Part shown: piece after piece, positions 1 through 14,131 of the stretch | Layout of the letters: each line of letters starts with the position of its first letter | Position numbering within the stretch: position 1 is the stretch's first letter | NCBI RefSeq assembly: GCF_009914755.1 | Contig: NC_060932.1 | DNA: 64,000 nt | Reading direction: 5' to 3' (one strand) | Source of the DNA: the human T2T-CHM13v2.0 reference genome, Homo sapiens | The notes under the pieces: model-generated | What the model saw: the letters and a program-made list of their open reading frames with translations, nothing else | Databases searched by the model: none | Told to the model about the DNA's origin: nothing | Translations under genes and position numbers: made by a program

Positions 1-1765
<1,765 letters not shown>

Positions 1766-1807
1766 AGTCATTTAAGATAAAAGAACATACTAAAGATATA
1801 CCAGCTG

Positions 1808-2105
<298 letters not shown>

Positions 2106-2355
2106 AGATATATCAGCTGAACTGGAGATATTATGATGTACTATTAAGCAAGAAAAGCAAGATACAGAAAATACAATCTGGTCCATTTTTATAAAAAACC
2201 AACAATTGTGCGTGTGTGTGTATGATTTTATGAATACAGAGAAAGGTTTTGGAGAATGCTTTCTCGGGTCTGAACATTGGTTAGTTGGGAAATTGGAAAA
2301 AGGATAAAAATGATTCAAAATGTACAGATCAAACTTTGAGCAAAAATACAAAGTT

Positions 2356-2607
2356 GGCCGGGCAGAGGGGCTCACGCCTGTAATCCCAGCACTCTGGGAG
2401 GCCAAGGCAGGTGGATCTCCTGAGGTCAGGAGTTCAAGACCAGCCTGGCCAACATGGGGAAACCCTGCTGGGCGCCTGTAATCCCAGCTACTCAAGAGGC
2501 TGAGGTATGGAGAATCGCTTGAATCCGGGAGACGGAGGGTGCAGTGAGCCGAGATCATGCCACTGCACTCCAGCCTGGCCGACAGAGCAAGACTCCGTCT
2601 CAAAAAA
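2356..2607 (+). mobile_element. Alu lacking the central A-rich linker
   Basis: aaaccctg joins directly to ctgggcgcctgtaatccc; aaagtt on both flanks. Confidence 0.92.
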
Positions 2608-4772
2608 GTTATTATATATTATTATATTAAGTTATATTAATAATTATTTTATATATTTTATATATATAATTGAAGTTTCAGCCATAAAGGCCCTGAAGCC
2701 AGGAGGAGCTATCTCAGCACAGGCACGGTAGGAGCAGGCACTGTCAGGCAGAAGAGTTGACTCTTAGCGCCACTGGGACAAGAAACCAGAGGCTGATAGC
2801 AGGGCGACTGTGTTCCTTCCTACTTTAAAACAACACATAAAGTAAACAATACAGTCCTCACTTTAAAAACTCTATCAATTTCCTTTACCAACCATCCGGC
2901 AACAGCGGAAGCAAATGTACACGCAAAATGAAGCCCAGACTTCAGCTCTTTCATAAATCTCCTTATTCTGAAAAAATAACTGCCAGGTTGTTAATGAACA
3001 AAAATAGTTCAGGCTTGAGTTCCATCGTTACGTTAAGAGAAATCCTTTGGTTCATATCTTACACTTGGAACTTCATATCCAAATTCACATAGCTTAAGTC
3101 AGGTGTGTGTCTCCCCAAAACTACTGCAGCAAACAGCTGCATAACCCTACTCATCCAAGGTCTAAACTGCACCAGAAAATAATTCTTGCCTTTTATTCCG
3201 CACATTGAAATAATTCGACAGAGCTTGTTAGTATGAGCATAAGCCTGAAGAAAAAAAACATTTTTTAAGTTATCTAGAGTGGGCTCCTGAAACCCCTCTT
3301 ACATTCTGAGGATGGGCCACCAGGTGAAGTTTCTACTCCTGGTGTCAGGTGCTTTCCCAGCAACCTGCATGGGGCTAGCAGGGACAGACTGCCTGAGTGC
3401 CCTCTGTTATCAGGACCACCTGGACACCCTGGGGCTCTGAGAAGCACTCCTTCATGCTGATGCACACATCTCGGGGTGTGAGGAATGCTGAATGGTAAGC
3501 CAGACACCCCAGGGACCAGCAGAAGTCCCTGCAGAGGGCTCACTGGTAGATGAGGTGGCTCTTTGTAAACTGCCTCTCAGGAAGAGGTAAGGCAATGGAG
3601 TTTTCAGCAATGCAATGCCTTCTCGGGGGCTCTGTGACAGCCTACCATTCCATTCTGCAAACTCTTACGCGGTTTTCAACTGCTAACAACAGTGCATTCA
3701 AAATTTTTTACTTCAGGTCTCATTTTCCCCACGTGGAAAGCTATGAATTCCCTCAAAGTATTTCATTTTCATGACTCTTCCCTTCTGGGTACAATCTGTT
3801 AAAATATCAGATCTTTTCAGCAGGCCAAAGAATAATTTGTGGCCTCATCTGAACCATGCTTTTTAATTTTGCACATGACTTTTGACCTATGCAAAGTATA
3901 AAATACCTAATGGTAAACTAATTTTTTTAAATCAAAGGTAAAATACGAAAACTTTTTAAAGGAAAATTCAACACTAGTATTACTTTCCTATGGTAACATC
4001 TTTGAAAGAATTCATTTTATAAACATGCTCTGGGAAGACATCCGATGTTCCTAAATTTTGTATTTTAATGTATTTATAATCATCTAAATATACTGTCACC
4101 ACATTTCTTCCTGTTTCATTATTACTAGCCTTCGCTGTATCATGATGCCAATTTAATATACTTGTTCAACAAGTTAGTGGATTAGGAATATACCCTGCTG
4201 AGAAACACTACAGATGCACTTCCATGAAAGGATACAAAATTCCTACAGAAATACAAGAAACCATGCCTTTAAAAAAAAAAAAATTGGGCAAAAGCCTATG
4301 TCCCCTTTCATAAGAGCCCGAGCTTACAGAAGAGGTACCAGCTGACCCAGAGGACACGCAGGTCTCTGGTGAAGGAAAAATCAATCATTTGGCATCATGA
4401 GTCAAAGTCATCGAGTATCTCACTGAACGGAGAGGGCATTTTGATAGGATATCCAGGAGAAAGCAGCTGGAATCTGAGAACTCTGATCATGCCAGCAGCT
4501 TCTATAACCAGGCTAGGAGTTCCGAAAACACAGCGGGGGAAATGACTACCACCAAGCACCAAATACAGGAAAGGGATTCTACCTTCATCTCCCCAAGGAG
4601 AGACACTGGAATGAAAGCACAAAACAGAGCCCCAAAGCCCTAGTTCCAGCTCCAACTCTAAGAGCAATCTAAGCTGAAACAGCCCCAAGGGGCGGCAGAG
4701 AAGTGGAAGAAGCCAAGTTTAGCCTTGAAAGCCCCAAGATGTTTTAGACAGGGCTGCAAGGAAAAAACATCC

Positions 4773-5139
4773 TGTGTCTCAGTCCGCCAGACTGCTATAA
4801 CAATTTACCATAACCTGGCAGCTTATCAATAATAGGAGCTTCTTTCTCACAATACTGGAGACTGGAAGTCCAAGATCAAAGCGCTAGCAGGTTCAGTGTC
4901 TGGTGAGAGCCCAAATTCTGGTTCACGGACAGCGCCTTCTCACCATGTCCTCACATGGCCGAAAAGACTAGCTAGTTATCTGGGGTCTCTTTTACAAGGG
5001 CACTAATCCCACTCATGCGTGTTCCACCCTCATGACTAATCACCTCCCAAAGCCCCCACCTCATAATCCCCCATCACCTGGGGGGGTGAGGATTTCAACA
5101 TGAATTCAGTAGGGGCACATAGGCATTCAGACCATAGCA
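4773..5139 (-). mobile_element. MaLR solo LTR (MLT1A/MSTD-like)
   Basis: Ends cattcagaccatagca (reverse complement of the MLT1A start); contains the ctggaagtccaagatcaa motif. Confidence 0.8.
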
Positions 5140-5802
5140 ACCTGCAAGGAAGGAGCTCAGAGCAGGAGCCAGCCTCGGGGTGGAAGTGGAGATCTGAAAC
5201 ACTGAGGCCAGCAGCAAATTACAGCAAGTGTCCAGCATTGAAGAGTGTCATTGGACAGGTCCAAGTCGCTGCTGTTCCCTAAACAGCGAGAGAATGAAAT
5301 TCAAATTTTAGGTAGATGTTGATAATGCTCTGAACAGCTCAGGCAGGGGAGAGTGAAGACAGATCAGAGACCAATGAAGAAAAGAAGTCATCGGGGCTCA
5401 TGGGAGGAAGGACAACTCAAATGTAGAGGTAAGGCTCAAAGATGACCCTGACTGCGGCTTCTGGGATTTGAGAGGAGAGCAGTGCCACTGAGAGAGGTTG
5501 GGAAATTAAAATATGTAGTCAATCTTTTGGAAACAAAATGCTAAGTTTGGTTTTAGATCTGAGTTCAGGCTTACAGCATCTCGTATTTGGAAACAGAAGG
5601 GCAGAACTTTCACAAGGTGAAATGTAGCTTTCAGACGAGGGTGGTTGGAAGCGTGAGAGAAGAAAGCAAAGCCATGGCCAGACTCTTACCCTTCTGACTT
5701 CTTACCTCTTTTAGCTTAAAATGTGCTAAGGAATTCCAGTGGAAATGGTGGAATTGCTACCTGATGACAACTCAGTGCCTCACTAGCAATCTCACGCAGC
5801 TA

Positions 5803-5841
5803 ACACGATCCACTCCTATCACACGATCCACTCCTATCACA
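5803..5841. repeat. Perfect 18-bp tandem duplication ACACGATCCACTCCTATC x2
   Basis: Read directly from the sequence. Confidence 0.95.
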
Positions 5842-8800
5842 TACGTTTTCATCTGGCTGCAGAAATTCCATCTAGTTAATAAAGTTTTCTGATGCGATAG
5901 GAAAAACCAGTAACATAACCACAAATGTAGGCCGGAGCCCCCAAACCCCGATGCTTCCTGTACCCTTCAGTGCACTGTGCTCGTCCCCATTACTCCAACA
6001 GTTATGGACTTACCGATTATGTGCCATAATACATAACATGCGTGTGTCTGTTGGCATGATACTGCTCAGAGGAACCCTGGCCTCTCAAACAACTCAACAG
6101 GTTATATGCTACAGTCTTTCAACAAGTATTTATCATCAGCTTACTGTGTTCCGGGTACAAAGAGTAAGTCAATTCCTGCCCTCAGTTCATTGTGTAGTGC
6201 TACATATCGATGAATATTGTGATGCTCTCAAACTTGGAGTTTATGATGTGAGGAAGATAAGAGCAGCATGTAGAAGATCCACAACTTTCATTCATCATGC
6301 ACTGACATCCTGAAAGCATCTCTTGTAGAATTCAGTCTTCCATACATCCCCAGAGGGTTGCCGATGTCAGCTGAAACAGGAGGGCAGGGCCAGCCAGCTG
6401 CTGCTGCTGCTGCATGGGAAGGAGCCTGGCCATCTGCCAAGGAGGAACGGATGATTGATGGCACGCTGCTGGGACCCATGCAGGAGCCAGACCAAGCTTA
6501 GCAAAGAGGCTTCCACTCTGGTCCTTGCTGAGGGCCTGGCGGCCACTCACCCTCATAAGACCCATGCCCCAGGCTGATGTCTCCTCCCCCAGCCAGGCTC
6601 CCACTCCTTGCCTCAGCTGTCCTCCTTTCCTCCCTTCCCCCACCCAACGCAGGGGCTCACAATAACTCCTGAGCCTGAAGATCGCAGGCCAAGGCCCCAC
6701 GTGGACTGCACTGAGCTTAATGACCTCTTCCCCACCACTGCTGCAGATGCCTAGCAAGTCTCTGCTCAGAGATTTAAAGATGAGGGGTTCCCCACCCTTC
6801 ATCCTGGCCAAAGTCACAAAAATAACTCAGGGAAAAGTTCAGAGAAATCAGCCAAAATCTATCACCACTACTGGAAAAACTCGGAACATGCCCCATGGAC
6901 AATGGGGCAGCTCTGTTAACTTCTCTGTATCATGATGGTCACACGAAAAGATGACATTTCTGGTCTTTGTTCTCAGGCATTAACCATATTCTTCCCAACG
7001 TTCATAAAACACTATTGACTGCACTCTTGGTGAAGTGCTGTGAGTTCTTGGTGGGCAGCACTCTTGGTGAAGTGCTGTGAGCTCACTACGTGGGGAGATG
7101 AGACAGATTGTGCGAGTTCCGTGCAATAAGACATCTAATTAGCAACGCAAGATGCCATAGAAAGGATTCATAAAGTAGTACATAGCTATTTGTCCAGTAG
7201 AGAAGAAGGAGATCACTTAGGTTGGAGAGAAAAAGGATGGGTTTCCGGGAGAAGGGGAATTAGAGCAGGGCAAATTTCAAGGATGCTTCCTTGAAGATAA
7301 GGATATATGGACAATACAGGTCTTTCCTAAGCAGGCCTTTAATAGACATTTAATGAATGACTAAGTAAAAAGATCCAAGTGTGCAATCCACGCTATGGGT
7401 ATGGTCGTGTGAGCAATACAGAGGCAGAAAAGTGAAACACATTAGGCAGAAGATGGGGTTCTACAGGGACACAGTGGAGAAAAAGACTGGGAAAGCAGGT
7501 AAGGATCACATTGTGGGAGGTACAGAATACCCTCATCCCAGGGACTTCAGGGAAACACTAAACGTTCTGGAACAGGTTGTAAAATCAAAGAGCTCTGGGC
7601 AGGATGCAAAGAGGGGAAATAACAATTCTGTATCCTACAATTTAGAAATTAATCACACATTGGGGAAAACTTTTCTAAAAGGAAAACTGTTTTCTATCAT
7701 TTTCTTTTAAAAATCAACGTACATCACTCACAATACAAGAAATACACATAATGCCTTCTACATAATAGCGGAAGGAATTTGTCCTCAAAGATCTGTTCTT
7801 TGTATAAATGATGCCATCACAATTGATGCTTCAATAAAAATGAATATTTATGAAATGTAAAATGACTTGGATTAACTTATTCCGATTTCACTCTCTAAAT
7901 TTTGATTTTTCAATCACGCCAAAATGTAGATTTTGATTACAAAAGCAAGTTGCAGAAAAAAGATGTACTTGACAAGAAAGAGCAAAATTGAAAAAAAAAA
8001 AAACTTCAAGTAAGTATGACAAAAGATGACAGAAAGGTGGTCAATTAGACTAAAAACAGCGAGACAGATCATCTTCAAAGTGGAGTTATGTAATTCACAA
8101 ATGCAGTCACATTACAAGAAGCAAGTTACAAAAAAGCATCAAAAGTCTATGTCTTCCATCCATCCTCATTACACAGCCCCCTCCTCAGCCATTAATTTCT
8201 TAGCTATCCTTTCAAAGTTACTCTATACATATTATTTTCCCTTCTGTTCACAGAAAAGTTAGCATACTGTATATATACACTGTTGAGACTTTGCTTTTTT
8301 CACTTAATGCTACATCTTGGCAATCCCTCCATACCCATTCACACAGATGTTCCACATTCTTTTTTACAGCTGCATATCCATTGTGACAATGAACTGTAAT
8401 TTATGTAACTAGCCACTACTGATAGGCACCTGGGTTGTTTCCAGTCTTGTGCTATTGCAAACAAAGCTGTAGTGAATAACCTGGTGCAGTCATCATTTGG
8501 CATGCATAGCAGTTATGTCCAGACGATAAATTCCCATAAATTGAATTCCTGGGTCAAAAGGTATATGCATTTGAATTTTTGATAGATACAACCAAATTGC
8601 CTTCCATAGGAGTTGAGCCAATTTATACTCTTGCCAGCCATGTACAAGAGTGTATTTTTCCTTAAGAATTTACCAACACAGTGTATCGTCAAAGTTCTGG
8701 ATTTCTGCCAGTCTGAAACATGAAAAATGGTATTTGCATTCTCATTATAAGTGAAGTTGAGCATCTTTTTATATGCTTAAAAGCCAATTGTACTTTTCTG

Positions 8801-8976
8801 TAAACGGTCTGTTCATAACCTAACGTCTATCTTGCCAATGGATGTTGGTGTTTTTATTTCTAGAAGCTTCTTATATAATTAAAAAGATTGGTCCTTCACC
8901 TATGATATGAATTGCAACTATTTACCATCGTTTGTCTTTTGGCTTTGCTTATGATGATTTTTGCCATGCAGAAGAA

Positions 8977-9040
8977 TTTTACTGTGATATGATCTAATTT
9001 ATCAGTCTTTTTACTGTGATATAATCTAATTTATCAGTCT
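8977..9040. repeat. 32-bp tandem duplication (1 mismatch)
   Basis: ttttactgtgatat(g/a)atctaatttatcagtct x2. Confidence 0.95.
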
Positions 9041-9154
9041 TACGTTTTCCGATTTTCAAGTCATGGTTAAGTCATGGCTTTCCTCACACCCAGATTATAA
9101 AAACATTCTGTTCTCATACTGTTTCATTTTTAACAATAACCTAAATGGAAAAAG

Positions 9155-9392
9155 AGTATAGGAGTTAAGGCCAGAAACTCTATAGCCAAACTGACTACGT
9201 TCATATCCCAGCTCCACTACTCATTAGCAATGTATGTTGTTTAAACTGCCTAACATCTATGGGCCTCAGTTTCCACATCTATAAGTGGTGATAACAGTTA
9301 CTACTTCTTTGGGTTACCGTAAGGATTAAATGCATTAGTAAATTACTACAGTGCCTGGCATACAAGACACTTAACAAGTGTGAGCTATTATC
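9155..9392 (+). mobile_element. MIR
   Basis: cccagctccactact...gcctcagtttccacatctataa...aggattaaatg...acagtgcctggcata core. Confidence 0.8.
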
Positions 9393-9949
9393 GTCATATA
9401 TCTGGAATTTATTCCATCAAACACTGAAATTTATCCTGGCTTACGGTGTAGAGATCCAACCTTTTTTTCCATATGGCTACCCAGTTGTCCCAATACCATT
9501 TATTGAATATTTCACCTTTTCCCCACTGACTTGAGATACCACCTTTATCAAATGCTGCATTCCCTTATGTATTTAAGAACTTCTGATCTTTTTTCCTCTT
9601 TTGTAGTTCTCGAATTGCTTTGTCTGATCACACTGGCTGTACCTACAATGTAAAATAATAATCTATCATTCAAAGTAGGCCAATTCATGTTATAATCCAA
9701 TTTAGGTGGCCTGGGAGAAATTAAACATTAAGAAGTTTAAAGGTTTGAATCTTACCTTCTTACAAAGTATAAATCAACGACTAGATCACACTTAATAAAA
9801 AGGTGGAAGTTTCCTTAATACAAAAAAGGTAGAATTTATTTTTAAAGGTGGGATTAAAACTAAGATAACACCAAAATTTTGCTAACAGTGCACACTGTAA
9901 AAGGTACTAGGCTGTTCTCACTCCTCGTCTTGGTCTGAACATCAGTGGA

Positions 9950-10440
9950 AATCTCAACGTTTCTTCATTAAGCCTAAAATGGGCTTTTGGGTTCAAATAG
10001 ATATGCTATGTCAAGGAAATAGCCATTTATTCCTGCTCTGGAATTATCTGCTCTTTAAATATTTGGTAGATAATCTTGGTGAAACTAGACAATGCTTTGA
10101 GAGGAGGTAACTCTTTCATAGCTTTATTTCTTCTATAAAAATCAACCTGCTTAAATTTTCTACCTCTTCTGGGGTCAATCTGGATTACTTATATTTTCCT
10201 AAAAATTATCATTTTCATCAAAGTTTTAAAGTTTATTTTAAAAGAGTTCAGTAGTCTCCTAACATTCTTCAAATTATCTGTTTTTATGATCTCCTCTTCT
10301 CAGGACTTATTTTGTATATTTGTACTTTCATCTTTTTCTTGAGACTACCTCATTGTTTACAAATGTCATTAGTGTAGTTCAATTTTTTTTCAAAGAGCCA
10401 CCTTTTGGATTAATACATTGTTCTACTGTTTTTTTCTATT
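9950..10440 (-). mobile_element. Old L1 ORF2 fragment
   Basis: T-rich degenerate reverse-strand L1 motifs (atattttcctaaaaattatcattttcatc). Confidence 0.45.
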
Positions 10441-10724
10441 TAAAGTTCTTAAAAGAGAATACCTTCTGATGGTGCTCTACATCTGTTTTTAACATGTTAG
10501 TGCCCAAAAAAAGCACTGTAACAAAAAAATACAATGAACACTAAGAATGTAAACGCAAGAAAGCCAAGATAGAATCAAACTTGTCAAAGTTATTTTAAAG
10601 GACAGCTCCAAATCCCAAACACCTGATCCCACTGATACTCTATAAAAAGGTAAGATTCATTCCCAAACACAGATTAGCAATGTTTCCAATACGCAAAAAC
10701 AAGTTCCACATGAAAGACGGCCTT

Positions 10725-11110
10725 TGTGTTAGTCTGTTTTCACACTGCTATAAAGAACTACCTGAGACAAGGTAACTTATAAAGAAGAGAGGTTTAATTA
10801 GCTCACAGTTTCACAGCCTGTACAGAAAGCATGGCCAGGGAGGCCTCAGGAAACTTACAATCATGGCAGAAGAGGAAGCTGGCACATCTCCACACAAAGG
10901 AGCAGGAGAGAACGAGAGAGCGCAAAGGGGCAAGCTACACACTTTTAAATAATCAGATCTCGTGAGAATTCATTCACTCTCACGAGAACAGCAAGGGGAA
11001 AGTCCACCCCCCGCATGTTTCAATCACCTCTCACCAGGCCCCTCCTCCAACAGGTGGGAATTACAATTCGAAATGAGATTTAGGTGAGGACACAAAACCA
11101 AACCATATTG
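10725..11110 (-). mobile_element. MSTA-like MaLR solo LTR
   Basis: tgtgttagtctgttttcacactgctataaagaactacctgagac...caaaccatatt; 5-bp TSD gcctt/gactt. Confidence 0.9.
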
Positions 11111-13012
11111 GACTTTTACAATAATTACAATAATTCACCGGAAATAAGATCAGTTCTGACTGTAAGGAACCCACATCTTAACAAAATGGAAGGCACTCTG
11201 AGGTTTTAATTATGAGCCTTCTACCTGCAGCCTATTTTGAACAATACAATACCAATACACTTCAACAAGTATGAATTCCCCTTGTCCCTCATTCCCAAGT
11301 TCTCAGAGTATTGCTTGGTGGTCAGGCACTGAAGCACAATGAGACCATCTCCACATACAGGGCAAGACACATTGCCGTGTGCCCTACCAGCCAGCCAGCA
11401 CTGCCCAGATGCCCCCTAACCTGAACACAGCAGGCTGCAAATGAGGCAGTCCAGGGCAGGTTCAGTTTTCACCACTCACCCAAGTAGGCCTGTTCATGTT
11501 TTGATCCATTTTAGGTAGCCTGGGATAAATTAAACACTGAAAAACTTTGAAGGTTTGACTCTTTCCTTCTTGCAAGGTGGAAATCTTGGTCACAGTGTGT
11601 AAAAGGGTGGAATTGTCCTTAAGAATATAAAAATGGTAGGATGAACGCTAAGATGGTAATCCTTAACACCTCAAGTATTTGGTAATGGTACACACCTGAT
11701 ACTAGGCTTATCTAAACGCACTAAAGAAACAGGCCTTCTGCAGTCAAAAGGTGATGCTTTTGTCACGCAACTTTTGAGGGTCAGGGTACAAATAAGAACA
11801 GACATGGATGGAGGTAATATAGAGAAGGGAGGAGTTGTTAAACAGGATCCAAGTTGCAGTGGAGGTGAATTCCACATTCAGAACAATACTAAATCCTTAA
11901 GTTTCAAGTTTACAGCTACTGAAACCCACTGAAGAGGTAACACTGCCCATTTCTGGAGCCAGTCAGGGCTTTCAGCAACCTCTCAAGGCTCAGAAGTGGA
12001 GACTGGAACGTCCACAATCTAAATTTCACACACTTTTTGTGGAAAAAGTTACAACAGATGAACAATAAGGACATATGCATTGTAGGCTTGGCCCTACACC
12101 AAAAAAAAAAAAAAAAAAGTTTACTGGCCCAGATACAGAGATGTGTTGGTGTACCAAAAACACTCACAGCTATATGGAGACAGCAGAGCCTGGAAAAGAA
12201 CCAGGTCCTGAGGTTTTGCAGTTAAAAGTTATGATGGGGATAAGAAAAAAATTGTTGGCTCATTTCTGAAATGTTTGCTCATCTTTTACCAAAAATGTCA
12301 TTTACATATTAGGAAACTGATTGGGAAGACTTTGGTTAACATAAAGCCAAAGTAAATTTTGGTCCATCTTGACCTTGAACCAGTTTGGAAATCTGAACAA
12401 GAGTTTTTGGATTATTTGGGGTTTTTTTTTTTTTTTTTTTTTTTTGGTGTATGGGAGGGCATAGCAAAGACACGGCAGTGTGTGAACGGGAAGTATAGCA
12501 CAAGCTGAGGAAGTCTGGCATTTGAAAAGTATCGCCTTTAAACATGCACGTATAAATTCCTGCCTGTAAAAGAAAGAAAAAATTTTAAGATGCATTTATA
12601 AGTTTTAGATAATCTGGTTATATTTTATAAATCTATATATAAGTATAGATGTTTACTAATCTAGATTTGTTTCAAAACTCAATCTCTGCATTTGAATCAA
12701 AAATAAACTTTTACGGCTGAGTAGCAGGTGAAATGATGGGGAAACCAGGAAACAGAAACTGCTAATTCGATTAATAATAAGCCAGTCACACAATTTCTAA
12801 ACTGCCTCTAATCCAAAAAACCTCTACCTTTTCTAATCTCATACTGATTATTCTACGAGATGACAAACTCTCAATATGACCTCCTCCTATCCTCAACAAT
12901 TCTTGAAGGAAAAGAAAAAGAAACTTCTAAGGAAATTTTTTAAATGCTGAATTTCTCTGGCATTGAGCCATGTGTAGATTAAACATCACTTAATCCTCCA
13001 ACAGCTCTAAGG

Positions 13013-13176
13013 CAGTGGTTTACAAGCTACAGCGTACATTACAATCACCTGGAGGACTTGTTTTAGAGATTGTTGGGCTCCACCCCCAGAGCCTCCGATT
13101 CAGTAATGGGGGAACGCCCACCCAGGTGGTGATGCTGCTGCTGCTGCGGCAGGTGGGGGCACTCTGAGAAGCGCTG
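13013..13176. mobile_element. MER5A (hAT-Charlie) non-autonomous DNA transposon
   Basis: cagtggtt...tgagaagcgctg termini; 8-bp TSD ctctaagg/cactaagg. Confidence 0.8.
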
Positions 13177-13939
13177 CACTAAGGTAATATTAACGTGTGG
13201 CCCTCGTTCTGGGAAACGCGTGCTGTCTGCAGCAGAAATTGCCAAGATTTTGAAAACTTTTATAGCAGTTTACCATTACATGGCATCGAAGCACGTGAAC
13301 ATTTTTCTAGTATTTCACCCTTATTGTATTTTCCCAAAGTACTGATGTGAGAACGACTAGAAAGTTGTCCAAGTTTGTGGAGCATCGCTTTAAGCTGACC
13401 CAGCATACGGCAGCCCCTGCCCCTGGGGACAGCGGGGCCGACCTAGGGCACGAGGGGTGACTAGGGGTGACTCTTTCAGCCAGAACACTGGCCTGAGACG
13501 CAGTTCCACACTTAAGGTTTTCATCGTCTCGTCTCATTCCGGCATTTCCCGGGACAACACTCGCACCAGCCCCGCTGCAGGTGCCCTGGGTCCCGGCGGC
13601 CGGCGCAGAGGAGACAAGAAAGGAGGGCGCAGGCACAGCGCCGCGGGCGCCCGCGAGCAAGGCCAGACCCCAGCGGCACATTTCCTGCCCAAAACTTGGG
13701 GCCGCGACGGTATGCACTCCGGGTAAGTGAGACCGATGCACTAGATTCCTTCAGAATGCCCAGTTTGGCTCCAGAAGATGACGAGCCAAACAAAGACAAA
13801 GGGACGTCAGTGGACCCCAGCGTCTCCCCGGCCACTGCCGGCGCCCCTTCGCGCCTGCGCAGACCCCCACCCCGCGACCCGCCCGAGGCCAGCCCACGGC
13901 TTCCTTCCGGGCAGCGGGCGCGCTGCCGCCGGGCAAAGG

Positions 13940-13951
13940 CGCGCATGCGCA
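13940..13951. promoter_or_regulatory. NRF1 palindromic motif CGCGCATGCGCA
   Basis: Perfect GCGCATGCGC core about 40 bp into intron 1, inside the CpG island. Confidence 0.7.
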
Positions 13952-13989
13952 GCGTCGCCGCCCGCGCCTTCCGTGTGGCCAGTGCTTAC

Positions 13990-14131
13990 CCGCTACAGGG
14001 GTCTGTTCCTTCCGGCCCGGCAAGGCCTCCTGGGGGCTGACGATGTTCGAGGCCGAGTTGCCCATCCTCGGGACGGGAAAGAGGCTGTGGAGGAGGAGGA
14101 GCTGGCAAGCCCTCCGGGTGGCCGAGAGCAT
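13990..14131 (-). CDS. MSRA: MSRA coding exon 1 (142 nt: mitochondrial presequence plus N-terminus), followed by a phase-1 intron
   Basis: Translates to MLSATRRACQLLLLHSLFPVPRMGNSASNIVSPQEALPGRKEQTPVA, which I recognise as the human MSRA N-terminus. Ends at a canonical donor GCGG|GTAAGC (GT at 13989-13988). The ORF-track extension to 13751 is intron read-through. Confidence 0.97.

Larger units (their letters stand above)
8150..9580 (-). mobile_element. Old L1M fragment(s), with a MIR between them
   Basis: Reverse-strand L1 3' motifs (gtttccagtcttgtgctatt, cccagttgtcccaataccatttattgaa). Confidence 0.75.

Noticed and set aside
4916-4936. REST/RE1-like motif ttctggttcacggacagcgcc
   Set aside because: Only the right half-site is intact (17/21 overall, left core broken), and it lies in a MaLR LTR where similar sequence is common.
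6288-6935. ORF cluster with a short (CTG)n giving poly-Ala/poly-Gln
   Set aside because: Only ~5 triplets, no recognisable protein, and no supported exon structure.
10958-10987. Hairpin tctcgtgaga...tctcacgaga
   Set aside because: Standard internal feature of MST/THE1 LTRs.
13751-13989. Extension of the MSRA ORF to 126 aa
   Set aside because: Reads through a canonical GTAAGC donor into intron 1; similarity to MSRA ends at ...TPVA.
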